From a virus (lineage: Duplodnaviria; Caudoviricetes): 64,000 nucleotides of DNA. Location: IMG/VR virus record IMGVR_UViG_3300044557_000107, positions 75,821 through 139,820 of that record. One strand, given 5' to 3'. Position 1 is the first letter of the stretch. The number at the start of each line of letters is the position of its first letter. The translations under genes and the position numbers were made by a program. Under the pieces are notes generated by a model that ran no database searches, was not told the DNA's origin, and worked only from the letters and a program-made list of their open reading frames with translations. Below are positions 54,654-64,000 of this stretch, piece after piece.

Positions 54654-55394
54654 ATGAGAACATATAACCTATATCAATATCAAGAAACAGAACAGAGTAG
54701 TCATGTATTGACCCTAACTAATACGCAGTACTTGGGGTTTGAAAGTAGTGATACTTCCGCCATTGTTGATGAATATGTAGACAAATTATATGAAGACTTT
54801 TGCCGTGATTGGAAGTCTAAATTTGTTCATCGTAATGAGTCCAGTGATAGTAATGTTCTGTATCATGTATCCTTTAAAGCTTACGATGATGAGAATGAAG
54901 GAAATGTTTGTGCAGTAACAGAGTTTACCCTTGCAGATGGAATGGGACCCGCTCATGAAGACTCGAATTCGAAAGAAGATGCTGTTAAAGAACGGGATGA
55001 AGACCGAGATGGATGTATTAGCATTCCTTTGAGTGATGTTGTAAAATTATGGAACCTTCATGAAACTCAAGACTATGCCCCTTCCTTAGTTTCTTATAAA
55101 TCATCTGGAAGTCTTTCCGATGGAGTAACTCCACGAGAAATTCATGCTGTTATGCATATCAAAGATAAATGCACAGGAACTGACTACAATTGCCCCCTAT
55201 ATGTTCCCGGAGGATCTGACAACACGATTCCCCTGGTTATTACTACCTCTAATTTATTTTCGCTTGCTATGCCCACATCAGGAAGCCACATAATTTCTAC
55301 TGATGGATCACTTAGTAAAGAAAGCCCTGAGTATTTAACTGCATTAGCTGGGGGACTCGGAAACGAGTACGTGACTTTTAAAAAGACTATCTAG
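54654..55394 (+). CDS. Hypothetical protein
   Basis: 246 aa, AAGGAG RBS. Confidence 0.6.
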   Translation: MRTYNLYQYQETEQSSHVLTLTNTQYLGFESSDTSAIVDEYVDKLYEDFCRDWKSKFVHRNESSDSNVLYHVSFKAYDDENEGNVCAVTEFTLADGMGPAHEDSNSKEDAVKERDEDRDGCISIPLSDVVKLWNLHETQDYAPSLVSYKSSGSLSDGVTPREIHAVMHIKDKCTGTDYNCPLYVPGGSDNTIPLVITTSNLFSLAMPTSGSHIISTDGSLSKESPEYLTALAGGLGNEYVTFKKTI

Positions 55395-55432
55395 TCCATA
55401 TTGCGTCGCTAAAGAATCAAGGTGATCTATAT

Positions 55433-56704
55433 TTGAAAAGTACAGCTAAGAACTATAAATCAATTACTGTTCGACTATACCCTAGTAAATCTCAAGAAGA
55501 TAAATTAAATCTAATCTTAGACCTTACTAAAGATTATAATAATACACTTATTAGGACTTTTAAAGAACGCCGTAGAAATATTGAGAGAAGTCCCTTGGAT
55601 AGAAAGTTAAAGCCCCGATTAGTACCAAATAAGATTAGCTTGTCCTACGTAAACACCGAGTATCTAAAAGAGTATCCGGTTTTTGAAATCGCCGGAACGA
55701 TCAACATTAAAGAAACAGCTAATAACGTTCTTGATGGATTCCTTAAGTATTATAGCCATACCCCGCATTTTAAAGTGTCCCCACCCGTGATTAAGAAAAG
55801 TAGTTACTCATATAATACTCGATTAGGTAAACGCAAGCACCTAGTAGTAGCTGATGCTAACAGTAAGTACCTACAAATTTCATTACCGAGTCTGGGGTTA
55901 GTGGCATGTACCAACAGTTCCCGACTTGCAAAGTTACCAGGAAAAGCCTACTTTTGTACTGTCTACAAGAATCGCCTTAATCATTTTTACCTAGCAATTA
56001 ATGTTCCGGGTGAGGTCACAAGTACAAAAAAGTGTCTTCCAGGGACTTCATTAAGCACTTTAAGTAAATCTAATAAAGTAGCCACCGTTGTGCTAGGCGT
56101 TAATCCTATGGCAAAAGTCTATGTTAATCAACAATGTGTAAAAACGTATTATCGTAGATCTAGTAAATATAATAGTCAGGTACAACAGTATAAACACCAG
56201 TTAGTAAAGTTTCGCAAGTCGGGCAGTAGTTCTCACTCTAAGCGGCAGATTAAGCGGTATCAAGAGACTTTAAGATTATATAACAAGTATTGTTTGAAAG
56301 AGCTTCATAGTAAACAAGATTACCTGCATAAAGTCTCTAAGGAACTTAGTCAAACCTATGATGTGGTTATTATTAACCGACCATATATGACGCATGATAA
56401 CGCTAAAAAGCTCCCTATTAGACTAACGATGGCTCGAAAACAGACCGGACTAAACATGCTCATTAAATATTTGGAATACAAAATGAGTTCATCCCATAAG
56501 ATACTTTTAAAAGTAACCTATAAGGATATTAGTAAATGGTCTTGTTCAGTATGTGGATTTAACAGCCAATACAATTTGATGTTAGAACCCAAGGAACTAA
56601 TCCAAATAACTTCATGGGTCTGTCCCCATTGTGGAACCCGACTGGATGTGAAGGACAATCTGGCGGCAAACATGCTTAAGTATGTAAACAAAACTATATC
56701 TTGA
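55433..56704 (+). CDS. Nuclease-dead TnpB homolog (TldR-like)
   Basis: ITVRLYPS..Q, LPSLG.V, DYLHKVS..L...YD, L..YLEYK, CSVC/CPHC; RuvC positions read ATVVLG (D>V), IINR (E>N), DVKDNLAAN (D>K). Confidence 0.75.
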   Translation: MKSTAKNYKSITVRLYPSKSQEDKLNLILDLTKDYNNTLIRTFKERRRNIERSPLDRKLKPRLVPNKISLSYVNTEYLKEYPVFEIAGTINIKETANNVLDGFLKYYSHTPHFKVSPPVIKKSSYSYNTRLGKRKHLVVADANSKYLQISLPSLGLVACTNSSRLAKLPGKAYFCTVYKNRLNHFYLAINVPGEVTSTKKCLPGTSLSTLSKSNKVATVVLGVNPMAKVYVNQQCVKTYYRRSSKYNSQVQQYKHQLVKFRKSGSSSHSKRQIKRYQETLRLYNKYCLKELHSKQDYLHKVSKELSQTYDVVIINRPYMTHDNAKKLPIRLTMARKQTGLNMLIKYLEYKMSSSHKILLKVTYKDISKWSCSVCGFNSQYNLMLEPKELIQITSWVCPHCGTRLDVKDNLAANMLKYVNKTIS

Positions 56705-56757
56705 CTTTTTCAAAACTATGTGATAGTATAGCTAGTAAACAAGGGGAGGAATCAATT

Positions 56758-57381
56758 ATGGATAAGTCTAGCCAATTATCAACGGATAATGTTTTAGCAG
56801 TAATCAAAGAAGACTTTGGAAACGAAGACACCCAGTATAATGTCCTAGAAAATCCAGGTATTTGGGAAGCTAACAAGGATTCTTATCAGGACGAACAGAA
56901 GTTCTGCCAGAAGAACTTAGAGGTCCTTTCTAAAATACCTTTACGGGATATTTGGATAGCAACACCCGCGGATTTTCGGGAAGACTACACAGGGGATGTT
57001 ACTTTTGAAGTGCTATATCTAAATACAGATAAGCTACTTAATAGTATTTCAGATGAGCAACTCCTAGATATTTTAGAAACCGAGTTAGGTACCCATAGTG
57101 TTACTTTTGAAGAGGGTGACGGATGGTATGATGGAGAAACTACTGTTCTAAGCTATGACCCCGATACCCATAACTTCAAAGTATCTTATGACGAATGGCG
57201 AGACTATGGCACCGAAGAGGATGAATGGCATGGTGGAACCGAACATTTTTCAAGCGAAGACATTGTACCTGCAATGGAACTCATCAACTATCTACGAAAG
57301 CGTAACTTTGGTTCTATTGAATCGGAAAAGACTTTTAAGGAATCTTTAAAGGTGTTATTGAAAGACTATTTAGCCGGTTAA
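56758..57381 (+). CDS. Acidic hypothetical protein
   Basis: Promoter TTGACT at 56701 and GGAGG RBS favour ATG at 56758. Confidence 0.6.
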   Translation: MDKSSQLSTDNVLAVIKEDFGNEDTQYNVLENPGIWEANKDSYQDEQKFCQKNLEVLSKIPLRDIWIATPADFREDYTGDVTFEVLYLNTDKLLNSISDEQLLDILETELGTHSVTFEEGDGWYDGETTVLSYDPDTHNFKVSYDEWRDYGTEEDEWHGGTEHFSSEDIVPAMELINYLRKRNFGSIESEKTFKESLKVLLKDYLAG

Positions 57382-57396
57382 GAAAGGAATAATAAA

Positions 57397-58122
57397 ATGC
57401 GAAAAGAATACAAAGAAATTAATGATAAGATACAACGTAGAGCAGAAGAGCTTAATGGTTACATGTTAGAAGCTCAAAGAAAACACCTAAAGAATAACGC
57501 TTTAAAGGATAAGTCCAAATTAAAGGAAGACGTTCTAAAGGCACGTTTTGCCCAAAACGAAGACTACTATGATGACCAAATAGATGATATTATTAGTCTA
57601 CTGGATACTCTTGAAGATACTCTTCGAGCGGCAGTATTAAGTAAGAGCTTTAATCAGTATCCTTACAATGATACTAAAGTATACTTTTTGGATAACCATT
57701 ATGACTATCCTGCTGGAAACTATCATGGAGAAGAAGGAACGTCCAAGGCCCAGCAATATCTTAATTTTAAAGATACTAATTTTATTTTGAGCCATGGAAA
57801 TAAAGTATTTGTTTCTTTAGATGACTCTATTTTAGATAGCTTATGGCGCTATCAGGGTCTAGTTGCATCTTATTTTAATTTACAGAGTAGATTGAACTCG
57901 GCTAATTACACTTGGTACCGAGAAGCATCCGGGGATTTAGACCCTAGTAATCTTAAAGATACTCCTAAGTATCCGCTAAAGTTTATTCATAAAAAATTGG
58001 AAGAACTAGAGATTCGTCATCCAATGGTAATCAGAATGGACTTACTAAATAGGGATGAAGTCCAAAAACGTGTATGGGATCAAGCCGTGTCCTTGCGGGA
58101 TAATGGTCAAAGACTTATTTAA
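57397..58122 (+). CDS. Hypothetical protein
   Basis: 241 aa, AAAGGA RBS. Confidence 0.6.
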   Translation: MRKEYKEINDKIQRRAEELNGYMLEAQRKHLKNNALKDKSKLKEDVLKARFAQNEDYYDDQIDDIISLLDTLEDTLRAAVLSKSFNQYPYNDTKVYFLDNHYDYPAGNYHGEEGTSKAQQYLNFKDTNFILSHGNKVFVSLDDSILDSLWRYQGLVASYFNLQSRLNSANYTWYREASGDLDPSNLKDTPKYPLKFIHKKLEELEIRHPMVIRMDLLNRDEVQKRVWDQAVSLRDNGQRLI

Positions 58123-58622
58123 GTTATCCCAAGATCTAAGCAAGAATCCATTAAGGGGCGGCTAGTGTCCCCACACATAACTACAGTGTATCTACACTAG
58201 TATATATTAAGAGTTTCAAATAAGGAGCTTAAGGGTATCTCAGTGAAACAAAACTGGGGTACCTTTTTGATTACCCAAACCTAAGTACCTAAGGCAGATA
58301 TTACAAAAGGACAGGGTGGGGGGTCTTCTATGTAAACAGGGGGGTGGGGGTTCTTATTAAGGTACTTTATTAAAGGTACTCGATAGGATCCTTAGAGAAG
58401 AGACTGCAAGGTTCTCTGTTTCACCCCGAGTATTTTATGCGTAAATTTAGAGGGTTTAAAGGGTACCCCAGGTAGACAGACAGGGTAGGCAAAATAGCAG
58501 ACCCCCTAGGATGGCCAAAAGGACAGGTGGGGGGTCTGCTAGGTACCTGACAAGGACCTACGCACAACGAAAGTACTTTGTCAAGGACTTTTAATAGACT
58601 GTAAATAAACTTTAAAGGACTG

Positions 58623-58955
58623 CTAAGCACGTGCATAGTACACGATCTCTTTAGTGATCTGATGGACGTTACCCATCGGATACTTAACCGCGAGCGTTCC
58701 CATGCAGTCCGTTGTAGTCACAATGCAGGACTTGCCAGTACAGTATACTATAATAGTATCATAGTGGACTGATGAGCTGTTAGACGACTTGTATGGGTTA
58801 TCTAGTAGTTCGATCTGCATAGCTTGCTTGTAGTCATCCCCATACACCTTAATGTATCTGATAGAGGTATTCAAGCCAGCAAGTGCATAGCGTATCTGTT
58901 GATAGACTTGATGAGACTTAGCTAAAGCGCCTCGATTGATAGTATCAGTTTCCAT
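58623..58955 (-). CDS. Early-region hypothetical protein
   Basis: AAGGAG RBS, 110 aa. Confidence 0.55.
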   Translation of the reverse strand: METDTINRGALAKSHQVYQQIRYALAGLNTSIRYIKVYGDDYKQAMQIELLDNPYKSSNSSSVHYDTIIVYCTGKSCIVTTTDCMGTLAVKYPMGNVHQITKEIVYYARA

Positions 58956-59202
58956 AGTAGTTGCTCCTTAGTTTACTTAGTAGACTTGTTGCGGTTCCGT
59001 GATAGATTGCTAGCAGACTGGCTTCTTTTAATTGCTAGCTTCTCATTGTGTTCTTTAGTTTTGATGCGGGCTCTCGATAGTGAAATAGCGGTAATTACGA
59101 AAATAACTAATAATGTATGGATCATGATGATAACTTCCTTTTCTTTATTTGATTGTTTTAATTATAGTCTATTAACTAGACTTTGTCAAGTACTTTTTGT
59201 AA

Positions 59203-59391
59203 CTATGAGTTCATGCTTTGCATAAACATAAACGCGTAAATGATATAGAGGACTAGCGAGACCAGTGTAACCCCGTAAAGGACTTTGCGAACCTTAACGC
59301 GGGTACTTGACGGGTGCACGTTGTGAGACCGTTCTGTAATCCCTTGTGAGACCTCATAGCAACTTGCTAGAATTAATACAGCAATAATCAT
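59203..59391 (-). CDS. Small membrane protein
   Basis: AAGGAGG RBS; two hydrophobic segments. Confidence 0.55.
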   Translation of the reverse strand: MIIAVLILASCYEVSQGITERSHNVHPSSTRVKVRKVLYGVTLVSLVLYIIYAFMFMQSMNS

Positions 59392-59583
59392 TGTAGTACC
59401 TCCTTAGAATAGTAAAAGACTGATAGCATTAACTGATAGCAGTAACGCGGTAGTAACCCCGAACCCATTAAAGAACTGTTTTTTATCAGTGACTTCATGT
59501 TTATATAGCAGGTACATCCCCGCAAGGTACATTATCCATAGCATAGCGCAAGCGAACCAGTATAGCATATTTATAACCCCCCT

Positions 59584-59844
59584 TTAGTACAATACTTGAT
59601 TAGTAATATTTGTATCATAGATAATAATTTCTAGGTTATCATCTATTAAACTTAGATTAGACCCCCAAGCACGCCATTCAAAATCCCCAAAGTCATCTAA
59701 ATCATCAGTTAAATAGCCTTTGTAGTCTTTTCTAAGATACACCGTTTTAGTTGTGTCCTTGATAGGATTGTAAAACTCAATTTTAGTGTCTGTTGGTTGA
59801 TCCTGACAATTTGCTTTAATCCAGTTCTTAATAGTAGTTTTCAT
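59584..59844 (-). CDS. Early hypothetical protein
   Basis: Own promoter and RBS. Confidence 0.65.
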   Translation of the reverse strand: MKTTIKNWIKANCQDQPTDTKIEFYNPIKDTTKTVYLRKDYKGYLTDDLDDFGDFEWRAWGSNLSLIDDNLEIIIYDTNITNQVLY

Positions 59845-59924
59845 GTTAATTACTTCCTTTTCTTTATTTGTTATACTTAGTATAGTCTATATACCGTACT
59901 TTGTCAAGTAATTATTTTAATATT

Positions 59925-60191
59925 TTATGCTAGGGCTGTGTAATACCAGTCAGTCAAATTATATTGAAAGTCTTTAATAGTTTCACCCATCTCATCTAGG
60001 TAAGTGCTGTTAGTAACCACTTTAAGTAGCTTATTCTTATAACCATCAATAGTCGTTAATTTAATATTAAGCCGGTAGACATACCCATCCATATCACTAA
60101 ATGATACTTGCTTAAAACTAGTGATTTTAAAGTCCTTAATTAATTCCTTATTCCCACTCATAAACTGATATACGGTATCTAATGTAAGCAT
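59925..60191 (-). CDS. Early hypothetical protein
   Basis: Own promoter and RBS. Confidence 0.65.
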   Translation of the reverse strand: MLTLDTVYQFMSGNKELIKDFKITSFKQVSFSDMDGYVYRLNIKLTTIDGYKNKLLKVVTNSTYLDEMGETIKDFQYNLTDWYYTALA

Positions 60192-60320
60192 ATTAATTAC
60201 TTCCTTTCTTATTTATGTACTTAGTATAGTCTATTAATCGTACTTTGTCAAGCACTTTTTAAAATAAATTAAAAGCCTCCTGAAATTAATCAAGAGACTT
60301 GTTAGGCTAATTAATGTTAT

Positions 60321-60917
60321 TTAATAGGTACGTACGGGAGTAACCACATAGACCATCTTACCATACTCCACCGTAAAGGGACGTAGTGGACTCGTAAAGT
60401 TAACTGTAATATCTCCATTATAGCTAGAACGTTCTGCCTTGTGTAATCTATCAAGGTACGCTAAGGCATTGTAAAGGTAGCTTGCATTAAAGCTTAGTTC
60501 TAAGTCTTCACCTTCCCAGTCAACGGCTTGTGAGTAACTCATCCCCGTATTATCCTTTTCCTTAAGTAGTAACTCCCCATGATTAATACTAAGTGTTACA
60601 ACTTGCTTCTTACATGCTTTTAGATAACTTACTAGTCCTGTTAAGTCGCTAGGATCCTGGAAAATGAGCTGTGTGGTGCGAGTTGTTGGGATGATCCGAT
60701 CTGTTTCCGGGTAGTTAAGTCCTGTAATAGGTAAGTACGTACTTAGATCAATCGTAGCATTCATTTTAGTATCTTCATTGATATCCGAGAACTTAACTAG
60801 CTGATGACTATCAGTTGCCACGACGTTCCCATTTTCATAATGGACCCCTTTCAGTACGGGACGACTCTCTAACTTGGAAACCACGTTATCTAAAATCTTC
60901 TTGTAAGCACTAATCAT
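60321..60917 (-). CDS. Truncated DNA polymerase III beta-clamp-like protein
   Basis: SRPVLKGVH....VATDSHQL, YP.T.RIIP, .FN..YL..AL, SPLRPF, V.TPVR. Confidence 0.75.
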   Translation of the reverse strand: MISAYKKILDNVVSKLESRPVLKGVHYENGNVVATDSHQLVKFSDINEDTKMNATIDLSTYLPITGLNYPETDRIIPTTRTTQLIFQDPSDLTGLVSYLKACKKQVVTLSINHGELLLKEKDNTGMSYSQAVDWEGEDLELSFNASYLYNALAYLDRLHKAERSSYNGDITVNFTSPLRPFTVEYGKMVYVVTPVRTY

Positions 60918-61016
60918 ATTTAAAACTCCCTTTCAGATTGACTTTTTATCAATTACAATTGAATATTTATTACATTACTTAGTATAGTCTATCTAATGGA
61001 CTTTGTCAAGCACTTT

Positions 61017-61262
61017 TTAATTAAAATAGATACAATTTAGTTCGTCGTCAATTTCAATTGGTGAATCTTCTGGATAGACTGCAACGGTATTACTGTAATT
61101 GTCTGTGTATAGTACCCCGTTATCATACATCTTTAAGTACACTTCATATTCTGTTTCAGTATTCTCAATAAGTACCCGGAAAGTTCCATCATAAGCCGCT
61201 TTAAAGTGCTTGCTGTTCTTTTCGAGTAACGTTGGATCATAGAAAAGCTCCATGATTGTCAT
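61017..61262 (-). CDS. Early hypothetical protein
   Basis: Own promoter and RBS. Confidence 0.6.
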   Translation of the reverse strand: MTIMELFYDPTLLEKNSKHFKAAYDGTFRVLIENTETEYEVYLKMYDNGVLYTDNYSNTVAVYPEDSPIEIDDELNCIYFN

Positions 61263-61731
61263 AATTACATCCCCTTATTAACTTTATGCACTTATTATAG
61301 CACCTTAGATAGACGTTAGCAACCCTTGAAGCACTTTAATTTAATCGAGAGTACACTATAAAAGCAAACTAGGCTAGTTACACCGGAATACCTTACAAGG
61401 TACTTCACGATTGTTTTAGAATACTTTAAAATAATGCTTGACAAAGTACGATTAATAGACTATACTAAGTACATAAATAAGAAACACGGGTACATAGTCC
61501 AACCCTTACTAGATATGTTTAGAGTAATCTGGAATACTTTATAATTTTACTCTATATCTCTATGAGTATATTTTAGCATACTCTGTGTTACTTGTAAAGT
61601 CTATTAAGTGAACTTTAATAAATTACATTTTAGTTTCTGCTATTGACTTAACGAGTAAACTCCTGTATAATTAAATTGAGAGACTTAAAAGTTTACTTAA
61701 AAGCAAATAAAAAGGTACCCGCTAAGGTACC

Positions 61732-61953
61732 TTAATTTAACCATTTATTGTAGATATTATCATAAGACACATTTATGATTTTAGCTAGTTTATCAAATAC
61801 CCGTTCACGTACAAGACTATCATCAACCCCTAGTAATTCGTAGACTCCTGGTAGTCCCTTGTAAAGTTGCTGGAAGGTCATTGACCGGTTTAATAACTGC
61901 CCTAGTTCATCAGTTGGGTATTGTTGCGTGTACCACTGTTTAATTGTTTCCAT
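61732..61953 (-). CDS. Early hypothetical protein
   Basis: YPTDELG...TF....G..DS..RER.F..LA motif; terminator hairpin 61710-32 follows. Confidence 0.65.
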   Translation of the reverse strand: METIKQWYTQQYPTDELGQLLNRSMTFQQLYKGLPGVYELLGVDDSLVRERVFDKLAKIINVSYDNIYNKWLN

Positions 61954-62411
61954 TAGTCCCAATCCTTTTCTAGTAAGTCCTCTACTAGTTCTGATAGTTC
62001 CACAACCTTTTGTAAGTCTGCTTGATTATTAATTAAAGTATTACGCTTAACGTCGTCCCCAATAAAGTCTACAATTTTATTATTGAAGCCTTGTTTAACT
62101 GTTAGTAACTTATAAAGTGCTTGGTAAGCTAAATACTCCATTAGATAACTAGGATCATCACCGTTATTAACAAGTAATTTATACAATAGTGTATCATCAT
62201 GATAAAAGGCAACTAAATCACTTAGCTTATTAAATAAGTCTAAACCGGATAGACTGCTGAAATATAAATCCACGGTTTCATCGTCCCAATAAAATACATC
62301 ATTAGTATTACTTAATAAGTCTTCGAAGTCTGTAATGGCTGGTTCATCATCAATGGTTGAAATTAAGTCTTTCATAACTTGCTTTGTAAGTTGCTTATCT
62401 ACATTTAACAT
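61953..62411 (-). CDS. Early acidic hypothetical protein
   Basis: GGGGGT RBS. Confidence 0.6.
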   Translation of the reverse strand: MLNVDKQLTKQVMKDLISTIDDEPAITDFEDLLSNTNDVFYWDDETVDLYFSSLSGLDLFNKLSDLVAFYHDDTLLYKLLVNNGDDPSYLMEYLAYQALYKLLTVKQGFNNKIVDFIGDDVKRNTLINNQADLQKVVELSELVEDLLEKDWD

Positions 62412-62425
62412 GTTAGTACCCCCCT

Positions 62426-62791
62426 TTAGTCTTCCGTGTAAATATCAAGGTCTTCTACTGTTTCCGGGTCATATTCTAAGGCACTGGCAATCCATTCAAT
62501 TGCTTTTTCATCCCCAATGAGTTCCGTAATACTGTCACCAGTAGTGCAATCCCGGTAGTAGATACCTTCTTTAATGTAATTATCATTAATATCAAAATGA
62601 TCGCTTTGTTGTACAATCTGGACTAATTCCGCGTTGTTGTCAAACTCATCTAACCATTCCCCCAGGTCAAAAATAGGTTCCCCGTTAGTATCTGCTAGAT
62701 CAATTAAGATATTTTCTAGTAATACCCAGTTGTTTTCCTTGTTAAAGTTATATAGTTTAGTTGCTTGTTCTTCATAGTTTGTAGTTGTCAT
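62426..62791 (-). CDS. Early acidic hypothetical protein
   Basis: Own promoter, GAGG RBS. Confidence 0.65.
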   Translation of the reverse strand: MTTTNYEEQATKLYNFNKENNWVLLENILIDLADTNGEPIFDLGEWLDEFDNNAELVQIVQQSDHFDINDNYIKEGIYYRDCTTGDSITELIGDEKAIEWIASALEYDPETVEDLDIYTED

Positions 62792-62857
62792 GTTAATTAC
62801 CTCTTCCTTATTTGATTGTCTTTAGTATAGTCTATATAATGGACTTTGTCAAGTGCT

Positions 62858-63220
62858 TTATGAAAATAATTTATAATACTGTGGCGTAGTCTGTTGTAAT
62901 ACATTCTGAATGCTGTAAGCAACATTGTTATGGATTGTATCAGACCCTTTTGTAGCAAACTGAAAGGAAAAATCATGCTGGTGGCGTCTTGTGGTGGCAC
63001 TATAATCGTCATCTTGAATATAACGCCCGTCGCTTGTAATCATTGCTACGATTGTTTCATAGGAACGTAATAAGCGTGCCCCGTTCTCTAAGGTAATTAC
63101 ATAGGCTTTTTTGTAGAAACTTTTACGTGTATCATAATGGGGTTCTAATTCATCGACTGATAGTACCTTGCTTGATAATTCGTTGTAAACGTTGTATGCT
63201 AAGTCTTTATAATTTGTCAT
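62858..63220 (-). CDS. Early conserved phage protein
   Basis: KSFY.KA.V...L.SY.T.VA...YSATT.RH...F motif. Confidence 0.7.
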   Translation of the reverse strand: MTNYKDLAYNVYNELSSKVLSVDELEPHYDTRKSFYKKAYVITLENGARLLRSYETIVAMITSDGRYIQDDDYSATTRRHQHDFSFQFATKGSDTIHNNVAYSIQNVLQQTTPQYYKLFS

Positions 63221-63303
63221 GTTAGTTACTCCCTTTTCTTTTGTCTTTAGTTGCTTAACTTTATGTTCTTATTATAGTCTATATAATGGACTTTGTCAAT
63301 ACC

Positions 63304-63561
63304 TTATTTGTATTCTTTTTGATAATCTTTTAAAGTCCCCACAATTTGCTCTAAGGTCATCGCGTGACGCGTGTTCTTTTGTAAGGCCTCTAAGATTCTT
63401 AAAGATAGGTACTCCACTGGTTGCCGTTTGTAGACTACACTGTACATAGTAGATTTTGGCACGTAGTTAGTCCTACCAATTTCTTCTAAGCTCCTGTTGT
63501 AACAATGGTTCTTAATAAATAACTCTAACGGTGTTTCTACGGCTTTGCGTTTGTTTGCCAT
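63304..63561 (-). CDS. Putative HTH DNA-binding protein
   Basis: SLEEIGRTNYVPKSTMYSV...L.ILEAL, XRE/Cro-like pattern. Confidence 0.5.
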   Translation of the reverse strand: MANKRKAVETPLELFIKNHCYNRSLEEIGRTNYVPKSTMYSVVYKRQPVEYLSLRILEALQKNTRHAMTLEQIVGTLKDYQKEYK

Positions 63562-63627
63562 ATGCTCCCCCTCGTTTCTTGATTGTCTTTAGTATAGTCT
63601 ATTAATTAGACTTTGTCAAGTGCTTTA

Positions 63628-63930
63628 TTAAAAGTAATTTCCAAAAAAGAACCCTGTAAGGAAGTCAAACATGCCAGACTTTTGTCTTTTAGGCTCCTCC
63701 ACATAATGCTCCCGAAACTCCCCATCGTATTTAATATCTTGCCAATGATCCTCGGCGTGCTGTTGGCGCAACTCTAAGCCCTCTAATGGTTTAACTTCCT
63801 GGTTACTCCAATTCTCCTCGATCTGCCGAAAACTTTCCATACCTGACAAAGTTCTTTGGCATTCTTCCCGGGTTGCCTTGCGTAACGCAAAGGTACCATA
63901 ATCAGTTATAACCCGCGGCGGATCACTCAA
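63628..63930 (-). CDS. Early hypothetical protein (start uncertain)
   Basis: ORF ending FDFLTGFFFGNYF. Confidence 0.45.
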   Translation of the reverse strand: MSDPPRVITDYGTFALRKATREECQRTLSGMESFRQIEENWSNQEVKPLEGLELRQQHAEDHWQDIKYDGEFREHYVEEPKRQKSGMFDFLTGFFFGNYF

Positions 63931-64000
63931 AAAGTACCCGTAGTCATTTAATGAGTTTAAATCTGCTTCGTGTGGATCTTTAAAAGTGTAACCCGTTTCA

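Larger units (their letters stand above)
59161..63619 (-). promoter_or_regulatory. Family of repeated early sigma-A promoters TTGACAAAGT-N8-TAGAC-TATA(C/A)T
   Basis: Minus-strand copies at 59161-89, 59879-907, 60223-51, 60981-61009, 62824-52, 63271-99, 63591-619; inverted copy at 61438-66. Confidence 0.85.

Noticed and set aside
59161-63619. Dispersed repeats as a second CRISPR array
   Set aside because: They are -35/-10 promoters separated by whole genes, with irregular spacing.

Overview
A 64-kb segment of a large, AT-rich, lytic SPO1/Twort-like (Herelleviridae-type) myovirus. A lactobacillus host is inferred from the Apf-like LysM gene, the IS families and a GOLLD-like RNA. Layout: (i) 258-22707, minus-strand morphogenesis module (terminase, portal, protease, capsid, neck, sheath, tube, frameshifted chaperones, tape measure, tail lysin); (ii) 22.8-30 kb, small genes, a LysM/Apf gene with WalR boxes, and an RNA island (tRNAs, a ~730-nt ornate ncRNA, an HNH gene inside a tRNA, two promoter-driven orphan omega-RNAs); (iii) 30-58 kb, plus-strand accessory genes including PnuC-Nudix-NadR and dNK-PnuC salvage modules; (iv) 58.6-64 kb, minus-strand early/host-takeover-type genes, most with a repeated strong sigma-A promoter. 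The main result is a set of five TnpB-family loci in different states of domestication. The standout is 45139-47065: a catalytically intact 462-aa TnpB with no visible transposon ends, followed by a separately promoted omega-RNA-like scaffold carrying an anti-repeat and a 4-repeat/3-spacer array (36-nt repeats, 30-nt spacers). This is a candidate phage-encoded miniature type V-like (TnpB-to-Cas12 intermediate) CRISPR system. The window also holds a RuvC-dead TnpB with no RNA of its own and two stand-alone omega-RNA genes. All calls were made by eye; no database searches were run.
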